DNA of 64,000 nt, from assembly GCA_050084985.1 (NCBI GenBank), contig JBITNC010000001.1, positions 98,146,001 through 98,210,000 of the forward strand, read 5' to 3'. The stretch is from Nageia nagi (taxonomy: Eukaryota > Plantae > Pinophyta). Under the pieces are notes generated by a model. It searched no databases. It was not told the DNA's origin and saw nothing but the letters and a program-made list of their open reading frames with translations. A program made the translations under genes and the position numbers. Numbering within the stretch: the first letter of the stretch is position 1; each line of letters starts with the position of its first letter. This document shows positions 50,850-62,323 of this stretch, one piece after another.

Positions 50850-51169
50850 AAACAATCTTTAGGTATCATTATAAACATCAATCTCTTTTCCATTTCATGT
50901 ATACATATATTATGATATGAAGAAAAGGTTATGTACGTGTTCACTTCCTGGATTTCAACCATGTTCGCAAATTGGACATTCAGTAAACATTAAAAAGTAG
51001 TGGTCTACAGTTGAAAAAAAAAAGACTAAACAGATGTAACAAAACATACTCAAGTAGCCAGATATAAAGTGAATTAAGTGTACTTCATTAAGATAAGATA
51101 AATGATAGCTTCCTGATGGATGAAAATAGAGGACCTAAAGAAACATGGATATGTTTGGCAGTTAAAAGT

Positions 51170-51394
51170 ACTATAGTATACAAATTCTCCAAATAAACGT
51201 GTATTTTTTGTTTATTCACATTTTTTTCCACTCGCGTATTCCCATTTAAATACTGTATTCCTTTTTTAGAATATTCCTCTGTGTTTTTCACATTTTTCCT
51301 GTTTTTCCCATCTTTTTCCGGAATTTTTGCCCTTTTTTTTTAAATTTGGCCTATTGCGGTTTCTCTCCCAAACCCGAATTTGTATACACTTATA
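51170..51394. mobile_element. MITE-like element with terminal inverted repeats
   Basis: GTATACAAATTC near 51176 and its reverse complement GAATTTGTATAC near 51376. No clear TSD. Confidence 0.5.
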
Positions 51395-51799
51395 ACAAAT
51401 ATTACTAATTAGTACAGAAACTATTAATAAAAAACAACCTGAATTTTCTTTCATCCAAAATAACTATGTCTTCAATAAGGTCGCTGAACTAGAATAGAAA
51501 CTGAAACTTGGATAGAAAATGACATTGAAATGTAGTCACAAACTAAGAGGATAATATGAGAATCATTCAGCTATAAGAATGCAATTTCTACAAATTTGAG
51601 CAAATTGAACTTTCAAAAATTTACACTAGTGACATCATAAATACTTGACATAAATGATTGAAGCAATTATACAAACATTATTATCTTTTTATTTAAGATT
51701 GTTGATATTTGGAGTTACTCTAAGATATGCAATGAATTTGATATTCTTCAACACTATATGGGCGTAAATATTGCTAAAGCATATGAGGAGACCATGAGC

Positions 51800-52130
51800 T
51801 TTGATCTTTTAAAGAATGAAATTGATTTTCACATGGCATCAAAGCATTCTTGATTTTGCACCTTCAGCATTCTACACATTCCCTTGCTTCTATTGTATCG
51901 AGCTTTGTTGATTCATCTAGAACTTAATAGTTCACTAAGTCTTCCAGTCAACTTTCCTGTATTTCTCTTTGCCATTTGGAATTTATCAAAGGACAGCATT
52001 TAGGGATTGGCTTGTTGAGGTTCCTCAAATCTTGTCCACATCGTTTCTGTTCAACCAGGATATGGAAAACCTTATCTAGGATTCATTGTTTGATTTTTTA
52101 AATTTTAATTTGAACTTGTGCCAGTAGAAA
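51800..52130 (-). mobile_element. LINE ORF1 remnant
   Basis: Minus frame VLDESTKLDTIEARECVEC resembles the D..T......AR.CVE motif downstream of DUF4283. Confidence 0.45.
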
Positions 52131-53649
52131 AATCTCTTGTCAATGTTTGGGCCAAACTAAATATATAAAAGGCAAGGAACAAATTTCAAATTTAGAAAAG
52201 AGGGTATTTGTATTTGGCATTTCTGTGCATTTTTCATAGAATGTCTGCAAGTTTCGGTTTGCTAGAGGCAGATTTGACACTCCATTTTCAGGCAGTCTTT
52301 TCAAACCAAAACCAGCCACAAGCAAATTGGCAGGGATACCCATGCATGGACTAACGATTCAAAGGTTGTAAAACCATGAACCCCCATCCCACACACTTGG
52401 TTAGTGGGCAGGCTATCTTATTGTGAGATTGAAGGATCAACCATTGCTTCCGTCCATATGTTCTGGACAAATCATCCCTATACTCTTCCATAGACCATTG
52501 AAGAAGCTTGAAGGAATGATTAGTAGAGATATAAGCCTCGCAGATAGAAAATTTACTAACTAGGGAATCTAACATGTGCCTAGCTTCCTTGTCAACTTCA
52601 TATCCATTTACTTATTGATAAAATCAAGGAAGAAGGAATTCTGGTCAGATAGACTTATTATCAAAGATCTCAAGAAAGGCCATAAGATAACCGACACTTG
52701 TGTAGTCAATGAGAAGAATCAACTCTTCAATCTTGAAGGGTTCTTATCATCAAGTACTCAAAAGCGTTTCAAAGCCCATTGTTTCTCAAGTGGAATTATA
52801 GATTGAATCACCCCAGTTATGGATGTCAATGTTTCATGTGCGAAAAGAAGATGGTAAAAGGCGATCCTTTGAAGAACTCCTAACTAGATATTGTCTGTGA
52901 TATAATTCCCCAACGATACAACACTTGTTTGAACCATAGTTAATTACAATATGGCTAGTTCCTCAAGAATAAGGTTTCTACCCAATATGGGTCAATCTCT
53001 ACAATGGGTTTGGAGAAAAATTCAAATCCAATGTGCAGAAGTCAAATCCTAACAACTGCCCACATATAAAGGAAAAAACCAGTTACTGACAATCACAAAA
53101 TCTTCAAGAGTTTCTATCAATTAAAATGTTAGGCAACAACAGAAGGGAAGCGATGAAGGAAACTTAACCAAAGTGTCACTAAAGTCTCGATGCTTGTGAT
53201 GGAAGGTCAAGTGGCTCTGATAGCATTCCACACAACTAGCCAAATTGCAATGAAATGATCACAATGTCAAACTAAATGCAATATACCATCTCAATGATAA
53301 AGAGAACTCCATAGCACACTCCTACATGCAAGAAGATATAATATGATAACAATAAAGAAGAAAATGAAATGAAAAGCTGAAATAAAGGCTTTTGGATCCA
53401 AAGAACCATACAAAAGAGAAGATGGCATGAGAAATAGGCCTTCAATTTACAGGCACCAGTAACACCACGGTATTAGATAATTCCAAGATTTGTCACACTG
53501 AAGTGTCAAAACAATTACAATATTACATTGCAAGTAAAAAATGCTGATTCATATTGTGGTGTTAACTGGAGGTATGAGTGTCTAAACTATGCATACTCTG
53601 GCAGAATCATGTATAAGAATTTTTCTAAATCATAAGGGCATGTTTTCTG

Positions 53650-55075
53650 ATGAGTGCAAAAGCACTCACTCAAAATGGTGCAACTGGGTAAAAACTTGCA
53701 TTTTCACGGTAAAATCATGCATTTTCATGGTAAAATCATGCATTTTCAGGTCAGAAATTATGCATTTTCATGTCAACTGGTCACTCCATTATCATAAGAC
53801 AAGGTGCATACATCATCTTCATCCATTTTGGGATCATTATGGCTCATTTTGGGGAAGATTTTCTAAGTGTTTGCTCTAGGCGCACCATTTCTAAGTAGTG
53901 AAAAAAGGACTCATCCGAAACGGTGCAACCAAGCAAGAAAAGGCATTTGGGACTTAGAAAAATATTAAGTATGCTTGGGGGCATCATTTCAAGTCAATGC
54001 AAATGCACACACTCAAAACGGTGCAACCAAAAGCACCCACTCAAAATGGTGTGACCAAAAGCACCCACTCAAAATGGTGCGACCAACTTTGAAGGGGCTG
54101 AAAATGGCTAAGTCAATAGTAGTATGAGCATACATCGGGGAGTAGACAAGTGTCCTCACATGCACTGGACCACTTTTTGCACTAATAGGCATGTGACACC
54201 TGTCCATTGAAGGTTGCATAGTATAAAAGGCTACATGCTAGTTCATTCCGCATTTTGGATCACTTCATTTTCATATGGCATCTAGCTCTACTAAAGTGCA
54301 AAAGCACTCACTCAAAATGGTGAGCGCCGACATCATTTCTACATTGGCATTCATGGTTGGGTAATTCAGATCCAGGAACAGCTAGGAGCAAAATTTTCAA
54401 GCTATGAAAAAGGACTCACTCAAAATTGTGCGCCCATGATTCTGTAAGTGCAATTTTTTGAGAATTTTTCAGAGTGTACAAGACACATGGTGATATGCAT
54501 TAACAGTGGAAAATTTGACTAAGCACACATGTGAGCATGCTTTTCATTGAGTACAAAAGAACTCTTTCAACACAGTGCAACCAACCTTAAGGAAGCCTTG
54601 TTGAGTTGAAAAAATGGCTAAGTCCCCTTGTGCGCACCATTTCAAGTCAATGCAAAAGCACTCCTCCAAAATGGTGCGACCAAAAGCACTCCTCCAAAAC
54701 AGTGTGATCAACTTTGGAGGCATAATTTTTCTAAGGCACAAAAGCACTACTCTATTTTGGTGCGATTAGGAATGGCTTTCATGGAGTACAAAAGCACTAG
54801 TCATTTTACATGCGACCAGACATATGGATCCATTTTTGGCTGAAATATTTTAAGTCTAGAGATTGGACATGCTTTTGAGTGAGTGCAAAAGCACTCCTCC
54901 AAAACGGTGCGACCAACCTTAAGGAAGCCTTATTGAGTTGAAAAAATGGCTAAGTCCCCTTGTGTGCACCATTTCAAGTCAATGCAAAAGCACTCCTCCA
55001 AAACGGTGCGACCAATTTTGGAGGCATAATTTTTCTAAGGCATGAAAAAGCACTTATGGAAAAAGGTGCGCCCAA
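53650..55075 (+). repeat. Array of about 14 dispersed/tandem copies of the ~28-bp motif AAAAGCACTC(A/C)(C/T)(T/C)CAAAA(T/C)GGTGCGACC in an unclassified repeat
   Basis: Copies at about 53658, 53905, 54001-54085 (x3), 54300, 54408, 54555, 54654-54710 (x2), 54740, 54887, 54986 and 55046. There is a larger duplication of about 54550-54740 versus 54880-55045. Confidence 0.85.
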
Positions 55076-55318
55076 AGCATAGAAGACATGCATTGGACCC
55101 GTTCCCCAACAAATTGAAGCTTGCCACATATCCCAAGCATTGACATTTGCTCTAGGCAATGTCACTTGTCCAAGAATCACTACCCGTCAAAAGCATGCCA
55201 TGCACATGCCACTTGCCTTAGAAAAAAAGATCTATAAATATCATGCAAGACACCTTTTCCATGCGACACTACTGTTGTGACTAAAACACAACCCTGAAAC
55301 GCCTCCTTATAAACACAT

Positions 55319-57904
55319 TGTCATGTTGTTGTCTCGTCTAGTCCAAGTGATGTTGCAAGCCCCAAATTCAATGTTGAGTCCTCTATGTTCAAGCCTCATC
55401 CTTCGCCTAAGCTTAGTCATACCAAGCAAAAATCTGAAATTCCTCAAAAAATGGCTAAGTATGGAAATCCAAAAGTCGATCCTAGGTGAACCAGGGGAGT
55501 CTAGGGTGAGTTTGGATAGAGTCAAGCCAAACTGGGTCACTTCAAGGGTTGGCGCATGATTTCAAAACACAAAATCTTGTCTTTTTGAATCATGCGACTG
55601 GGTCAGGGAGTCACCCAAATTGAAGTTAATTCCCAAAAAAGCAATTTGGGTCACTTTGAGGCTTGGCAAATGCCTCAAAAAGATAAAATCTTGTCTTTTT
55701 GAATCATGCAATCAGGTTAGGGAGGAGTCTGGATTAGAACAGAGCAAAGAAAAGACAAGAACAAGGCACAGGAAGTCCGTCACATGATTTCAAAAGACAA
55801 AATCGTCTTTTTGAATCATGTGACCAGGATAAGGAGCACTTTGGACCGGAGTTAAGCTCGAAAAAGACAAGTCAAGGACATTTCAAGGCTTTCGCATGAT
55901 TTCAAAAGACAAAATCTTGTCTTTTGAATCATGCGATCAAGCTGGGAGGAGTAACTGGGCAAGTTCGAGGATCAAGAAGTGAACCCCAGGAATCCAGAAG
56001 GCTAGTGCATGCCTCAAAAAAGACAAAATCTTGTCTTTTAAATCATGCACCCAGCTCAGGCTTCTAGTTCGTTCAAACAAGAAAAATTGGCCAAGGCATG
56101 AAGCCCAAAACCCCAAGACCAGCTCCAACACACCCAGGAGTGTTGGCACATGATTTCAAAAGACAAGTTTTTTACTTTTTGAATCATGCGCCAAGCCTAG
56201 GAAGCCTCCAAGAGCAAAGAAACATGAAAAATTTGGCTAAGGCACGGAGACAAGAACATACAAGATGCAAAAATTGGCCATCTGGAAGCTATCGCATGAT
56301 TTCAAAAGACACAATCATGACTTTTTGAATCATGCGACCAAATTGGAAAGGCAGGAGAGGCTGGCCATGCCTCAAAAAGACAAAAACATGACATTTTGAA
56401 TCATGCACCAAGCTTGGGGAGTGCCCAGGATGAGATGAAGGATGAAATTTGACAAGCCTAGGCACCAGAAAGACCAAAAATCAGGCAAGATCAGGTCACA
56501 AGGCGAGCTTCAGGGTCAAGAGGAGCAAACAAGTGAGCCAAGAAGGCCAACGTGGGTAGAGCACTCACCCTTAAGACTGGTGCATGATCCAAAAAGACAC
56601 AATCTTGTCTTTTCTGGGCATGCGCCAAGCCTGAAGGTGCTTTGGAACCCCATGTCTGGTCCTGGCCGGCTGGACTTGAAATTTAATGCAAGCACACATT
56701 TTGAGGACCAACACATGGACGGCCAAGATGGAACTTTCCTTATGCTACAAAATTCTTGGATTAGGATTTCGAGGAACATGCTGCAGGCTTGGGCCCACCA
56801 TCAGCTTAGTCACAATTTTCCAGTTTATTTTATTTCCAAGAAAATGACATCTATTTTTGCTAAAATACTTTATTATATTATTATTTAATTCCCAAACTTG
56901 TGATGGACGAGGATTTGCTCCCACAACTTTGGAAGAAACCTTGTAAAGCCATGTGGCGATCTGTGATTGGATCGTTTGTATTTTCTCGTAATTTGCATTA
57001 GGGTTAGGGAAACACTTTGAGTTGCCACAAAAACTATTTATAGCCCATTTGGGCTCATTTGTAAGGGAAGAGACACTTTGCATTTGTGAGAGACTTAATA
57101 TTATTGCCAATTGAACAAGTCTTCTCCATTTGTGAATGTGGTGTGATTTCAAGTAATTGAATGGTAAATGATTTCATTTGATGGGACTATGAATGTTATT
57201 TGTGCACCTTGAGTGGATGAATGCTATTGCTATCTCATTTGTTTGAGTTGCTTGGATCATCTCATAAACCTTGTAGAGGTGGATGAGAGAGTAGTTGAAT
57301 ATCTTTTGAAGTGATTTGGATAAAACTCGACTTGTGATATGTTCATGGTTTGCATAATTAGACCTATGCATTTTGTGATGGCTCTATCTCTTATGACACT
57401 TAGCTTAGGAACTTCAATCCACAATTGAAGATCTACCCACGACCTATCTTCTTCCACCCTTGCCATTGCTATAGGCTCCTCTTACTAGTCCATTCGTGTT
57501 GTTGGCTAGTAAAGTGGATACGAAGTGCATGGAACCTAAATCAAGTCCAAGAGAAGTCGATCCCAATCCTATGCACATGTCAGTGAAACCATATACACCT
57601 GTGCCCGACTCATACACCATGGTCTTATCTACCCTTTTTCTTTTATTTTTCAATTTTTTTCGCGGCTTTCGCAACCCGCCTTTTCATTTTGTTTGAGAAA
57701 CAACCACTTCATGGAGATAGGGACCCTTCGAGTCCTTGATTAACAAATGATATTTGAGTTGGAGATAGCTTCAAACATCTCAACCAGTCTCCTAAGCAAC
57801 CTCTCGCACACCCCATCACGAGACCTTTGAGGTAACCAATCCTCATAGCGGGTAGGGGTCACGCCCTATCACCTAGGCGTTAGTGTCGTTCTGCTAGCCC
57901 TACA
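55319..57904 (+). mobile_element. Probable ~2.6-kb solo LTR (Ogre/Tat-like)
   Basis: TGTCA...CTACA ends, a repeat-rich U3-like left part, and a TATA-like CTATTTATAG at about 57035 followed by a T-rich R/U5-like region. Flanks AACACAT/AGCACAT. No internal genes. Confidence 0.65.
55554..56623. repeat. Nine ~41-bp palindromic repeats GCATGATTTCAAAAGACAAAATCTTGTCTTTTGAATCATGC separated by divergent spacers
   Basis: Copies start at about 55554, 55668, 55782, 55894, 56007, 56148, 56294, 56365 and 56582. Confidence 0.92.
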
Positions 57905-57929
57905 AGCACATTTGCCAATTCACAAGGTA

Positions 57930-58410
57930 GGAAAGAAAAAGCCTCCACCAACTGCCAAAGGTACTTTTTCAAGAGGATTGGTGACTAAATATCTTTGGAA
58001 GCCATGACTATAGAAGATACAGTGCAAAACTCATCTCTAAAAGGCAAAGTTCATGAGAAGAGAATTAAGTTGTCAAATAGCTATTTGGATAGAGGAAGTG
58101 ATACAAGATGTTCAAAATTTTCAATCTGAGTATAGTAAGATGTTAAGACAATTGTTGGCTATGCCAAAAGTATCGTATGCAGATGAAGAAAAGGATTTAC
58201 TCAGGTATAAATGACAAGCACTTCATTTTCACTAAGGTGCATCATTTGGGCCTCATGATGTAGGTCGCATAATTTTGAACTCTTGAAATTGTAAGACCCA
58301 TTTTGGCATGATTTCTCCAAAAGCACATCAGGACATTAAGGATTAGGCCCACCATCTGACATCACCAAAGAGGAGTGGAAATTTGCAGAGCTCAAGGCAA
58401 ATTCAAAGTA
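57930..58410 (+). pseudogene. Degenerate ORF of unknown family belonging to the repeat interrupted by the solo LTR
   Basis: One frame reads MRRELSCQIAIWIEEVIQDVQNFQSEYSKMLRQLLAMPKVSYADEEKDLLRYK*...GLGPPSDITKEEWKFAELKANSK* with few stops. A TATA lies at about 55235, upstream of the insertion. Confidence 0.35.
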
Positions 58411-59104
58411 GATTTGATTTGTTCATGGATTCGATTTGCTTGCAGATTTGATCTGCCCACTTTCTTTTTCAATTCATATACATTTATGGGGTTCTGAAAA
58501 CTATGATTTCATTGATTTGACCGGTGTGTGGATGAGTTTGCTCCCATTAACTCAAAAGTCAAACTTTGCAGCCGTATTTGATTTTATTTTCATAGATTAG
58601 TCATGCATGTTTGATTTTCTAACATTGGCATTTATTTTTTGTCAGTTGTTAAATGTTGTGGTAGGCAAAGTAGCATAGGTGGTTCTGATGATTTGATGTT
58701 TATTTCCATATTTGATTTGATGCCTTTAGGGCAAGATTAGGGAAACAACGCATTTATTGCAGCTACCTTTTTGAAACTATAACTACTTGACTTGGGTCAT
58801 TTTGTAAAAAAGGATGGAAGGATGGTATGACAATTTGATAGAAGAGTTTGCTATGCTATAGAAGAGTTATCTCTCTAAAAACTAGTTTCTATTTTTGAAG
58901 TACTGCTTTGAAGATTAATGCAATTGGAGCCTTCATTTCATGGGATTATGCACGCATCCTGTAAGGTTTCCTTATTGGTTAAATAGTTCTTCTGTTTATG
59001 TTCATTCTCTTTGAAAACTAAGAGTTTCAAGGCAAGCAAGTTGAATATATTTTGAAGCGATTGGGTTGTTTATTTCAAAGTTTCCATATTAAGTGGATGT
59101 ACTT

Positions 59105-59935
59105 AATATCGCATAGCCTTGAAGGATGCTAGGTGGGGTTGTTATACTCATGGAGAACTTGGGGCCCAAGAAGAGCACTCCCAGGTAGGTGTAAGAGGTG
59201 GTGGTCTTGATGATATTATCATTTAAGGTGATCTAGGTCAGGTTCAATGTGGATTTCAAGACATTGAAGGCTACAACCTTAGTCTTGCTAAGGTTCATCA
59301 CAAGCTCCTCTCTAGAGTTGAAAAGAATCTAATGCTTCTACCAAGCTCTGTAAGCCCCCAATTGAGTGGGAAAGTAGGGTAATGTCATTAGTAAATAGGA
59401 GGATAGGCACTTGAATGCCATGGAGGAGGCAACCTCACTTAAGATCAGTGGTCTCTAGGATAAAGGACTCCAACTCATCTATGTACAAGCCAAATAAAGT
59501 TGAAGAGAGAGGGAAACCTTGTTTCACCCCAATCTTGCTAAGAATATTGTCTGAGAGCCCCTTTGTAGTACAGACATAGCTTGAAAGACTCTCATATAGA
59601 GTCAACACAGCTAAGAGTCCAATGTCCAGTACTCCCAACCACCGAAGTCGATCCATGAATTTGTGTCGTAGAACAATGTCGAAGGCCTTCCTAAAGTCCA
59701 CAAAGAAGCCAAAGACTAGGAACTTCCGGAATCTAGCCTCCTTGATGATCACTTTGAGTGTTAAAAAATGGTATGTGGCATGGTGATACTTACAAAAATC
59801 TGCATGTCCTCCTACTCTGAATCCTTTGATGTCGACCATCTAGGAAATGTAGTCCACAATGATTGTGGCATATAACTTGGCCAAGGTGTGACTAATCATG
59901 ATGGTGAGTTAGTTGCTTAGTTCTTTGGGGTCTAA
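59105..59935 (-). mobile_element. RTE-group (RTE/RTE-X-like) LINE reverse transcriptase fragment
   Basis: TIMISHTLAKLYA...FVDFRKAFD...GVKQGFPLSSTLFGLYIDEL...LLFTNDI...NLSKTKVV...YTYLG. Confidence 0.85.
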
Positions 59936-60680
59936 GGATCAAGTTAGTGCATTGACACCTTCCTTAGTACATATATAAAGTGAAACCAATTCTTTATATA
60001 TATCATATTTTTTTATGTGAATTGTATTTTCTATTTTTTGCATGGTACTTTAATCCAGTCTTAAGTAGAGATATTGAAATATATCCATCTTTACAGCATT
60101 GGTCTAAGCTTGCCTTGAGAGACCACTAAATTGTCACCAAGATGTTCGTGGAAAAAAGGGTGAAGTCTTAAAATTATGGTTAACCTAAAGTATAACAGAC
60201 TACCCTAGGCCTAATTTTATATATTTAGATATTTGAGAACTATTTAGGTTACAAAGAAGACCTCATTATATCTTTATCTTCAAATCACAACAAGTGATCA
60301 AGAGTGGACCTAAGAATTCTTTCCCACGTATTATATTTATACCCCATTTAGGGACGACTCCATTGTGATTGTAAAATCATCTTCTTTGTCGAAGTGTTGA
60401 TGATGGATTTTTATTGGACTTACTATTTGGACAGGTAAGGATATTCATCATTTTTATAACTAAATGCCTACACATCATAGTTCTCTTTCATTGCATAATT
60501 GCTTAAAAGTGTGTGGCGAGAACATGGTCTTCATTGTTTTTAGAGATTTCCCTATTAGTAACTGAACGGAGAGATTATAAACCTCTTTGAATTTATTCGT
60601 TCACACAATGTGGAGAGGAATTCCCATTTGTTTATTCCCTTCATTACTGGTCTTGAGTAAAATTATTTACCCAATAAAGT

Positions 60681-60850
60681 ATGCCTTTATCACTTTCTCC
60701 ACATAGTCGTGTTTGTGAAGGTTGTAGGCATGGTAGACATCATAGGGATGCATTTCAAATGGAGAAAGCAAATCGGGAACTTACACATTTGGAGTTGGTT
60801 CATTCAGATTTGTGTGGAACTATGAGTGTGGCTTCGCATGGTGGATCTTG
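60681..60850 (+). mobile_element. Copia GAG-pre-integrase/integrase N-terminal fragment (preceded by a probable Copia 3' end/LTR remnant at about 59940-60675)
   Basis: VCEGCRHGRHHRDAF...LELVHSDLCGTMSVASHGG is the canonical Copia LELVHSDLCGPM...S.GG motif. Confidence 0.8.
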
Positions 60851-61255
60851 TGAATCATATTGTAAATCACTGTGCCTCGTTTGAATTACATTAAAAAAGT
60901 TCCAATACGGTTGGGAAAAATGACATGCCAAGCAGAAATGGCATTACATCTCAAAGATGTGCAGACATCCAAGGAGTTATTCAAATGATAAATTTCTTGA
61001 TATAACAGACTAACTTCAAAGAACAGGTAAGAAAACCTGGACATAAATAACACACACAGTAAGCAGCATTTCTGTTACTTTCCCTGTATGCAAGGTGGCA
61101 CAAGTGAAAAATACCAAATATTAGATTTCATATATTGTTCTGTGAGGAAAAGAACAAATGGGCATATATAAGAGTCTAAATCAATAAATGATTCTCTATA
61201 AAAGATTTTGCAGATTGATACAAGTGAACGATGTAAGAAACAAAAAAAATAACAC

Positions 61256-61417
61256 CTTTGTTAAAGCTCGTGCAAACTGGCTAGGTTGAGAGTCATTGTC
61301 CTCTGGCTTATTCCAGCTTTCCACAATCTGTGGCAATACACGTAGGTGGACCAGTAATCTCTCTTTCATTATTTGCACAAGCTTTGAGTGAATCTCGTCT
61401 CTGTGCACCTTATAATC
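61256..61417 (-). CDS. VPS54: VPS54 coding exon (162 bp)
   Basis: TTTCAG| ... AAG|GTGTTA; DYKVHRDEIHSKLVQIMKERLLVHLRVLPQIVESWNKPEDNDSQPSQFARALTK matches the Vps54 domain (HRDEI..KLVQIMRERLL). Confidence 0.96.
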
Positions 61418-61765
61418 CTGAAATATTATATAAAATAATATATATCAAATTCTGCAATGCAATCACATGCCAAATTACGTTTTTGAACTTTTTCCATTTT
61501 ACAAGACTTTTAATTCCCAAGATAAAAATAATATTAAGATGTACAATATACGCAAGATAAGTACATGGAAATGGCTAACAATTTATAGAAAACTACTAAA
61601 CATGTAAAAGAAAAATATGATACATATCTGCTGGATAAGAAACTAAAAGTTCTCACAAATCAGAAATAGATGGAGTATGTCCAAAAGCAGTCATTTATAT
61701 TTGATGGAAACTATAGCAACTTCAGGTTACTAGAACCATTAAAGAGTGTCCAAAGTAAATATTAC

Positions 61766-61845
61766 CTGTGCAACTCGATCAATCTCAGATAGTAAAAGAG
61801 ATTTGTGTGCTTCAGGTATATTTAAAAGCAGCAGCCGCTTTACAT
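61766..61845 (-). CDS. VPS54: VPS54 coding exon (80 bp); upstream exons lie beyond the window
   Basis: TGAAG| ... CAG|GTAATA; (D)VKRLLLLNIPEAHKSLLLSEIDRVAQ is in phase with the next exon. Confidence 0.9.
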
Positions 61846-62323
61846 CTTCACATACAAAAGGAATCAGAACTGGTGTCAGTGCCCGTTTGAATTTTCAAGA
61901 AAAGCTTAAATACTACAAGTGTCAACCTTTCAGAAATAATTACACCCTGGATGCTCTAAACAGGTATCATATAAGATGTAAAAAACTGCACAAATATCAT
62001 TGTGATAGATATTTTAAGTTATGAAAATCCACATTAGCTCCAAATAAATAACAAGGCACATTTTGTTAAAAATCATGCTAATACATAACACAATTATGAA
62101 TCCCTTTTTCAACTCAATCAGCATCCAGAATAAGACATTTAGGGTGAAACAGCCATAATGTATACAATTACAAACACTTGAAAATAGGCATGTAATTTAT
62201 AATTTGTTCTTTAATATGTTGAGTTAGTATTGTCTATTGTGTATCTTCAATAAAATGTTGAAAAATGCAAATCAAAATGTACCAGCACTTTTCATTCTCT
62301 ACAATCAGCTCGATAAAACAGAC

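Noticed and set aside
52200-53100. Copia or Gypsy pol remnant
   Set aside because: Coding-like composition but no convincing RT, RH or INT motif in any frame; left unassigned.
53214-53225. PBS-like GCTCTGATAGCA and a possible reverse LTR at 53127-53520
   Set aside because: It is not adjacent to a definable LTR end, and no partner LTR, TSD or Copia coding sequence could be supported.
55554-56623. True CRISPR array
   Set aside because: The context is a eukaryotic intron inside an LTR-like element, with no cas genes, variable repeats and spacers of about 30-175 bp. Reported as a repeat instead.
55307-57696. Numerous 60-148 aa ORFs within the solo LTR
   Set aside because: They translate the palindromic repeats or LTR sequence and show no recognisable domains.
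58855-58886. Helitron 3' end (weak hairpin plus CTAG|T)
   Set aside because: The hairpin is short and AT-rich, and no 5' TC end or RepHel remnant was found.
61846-61890. Upstream in-frame extension of the VPS54 exon (KRALTPVLIPFVCE)
   Set aside because: It does not resemble VPS54 and is bounded by a stop. An AG at 61846-61847 starts the exon exactly where homology begins.
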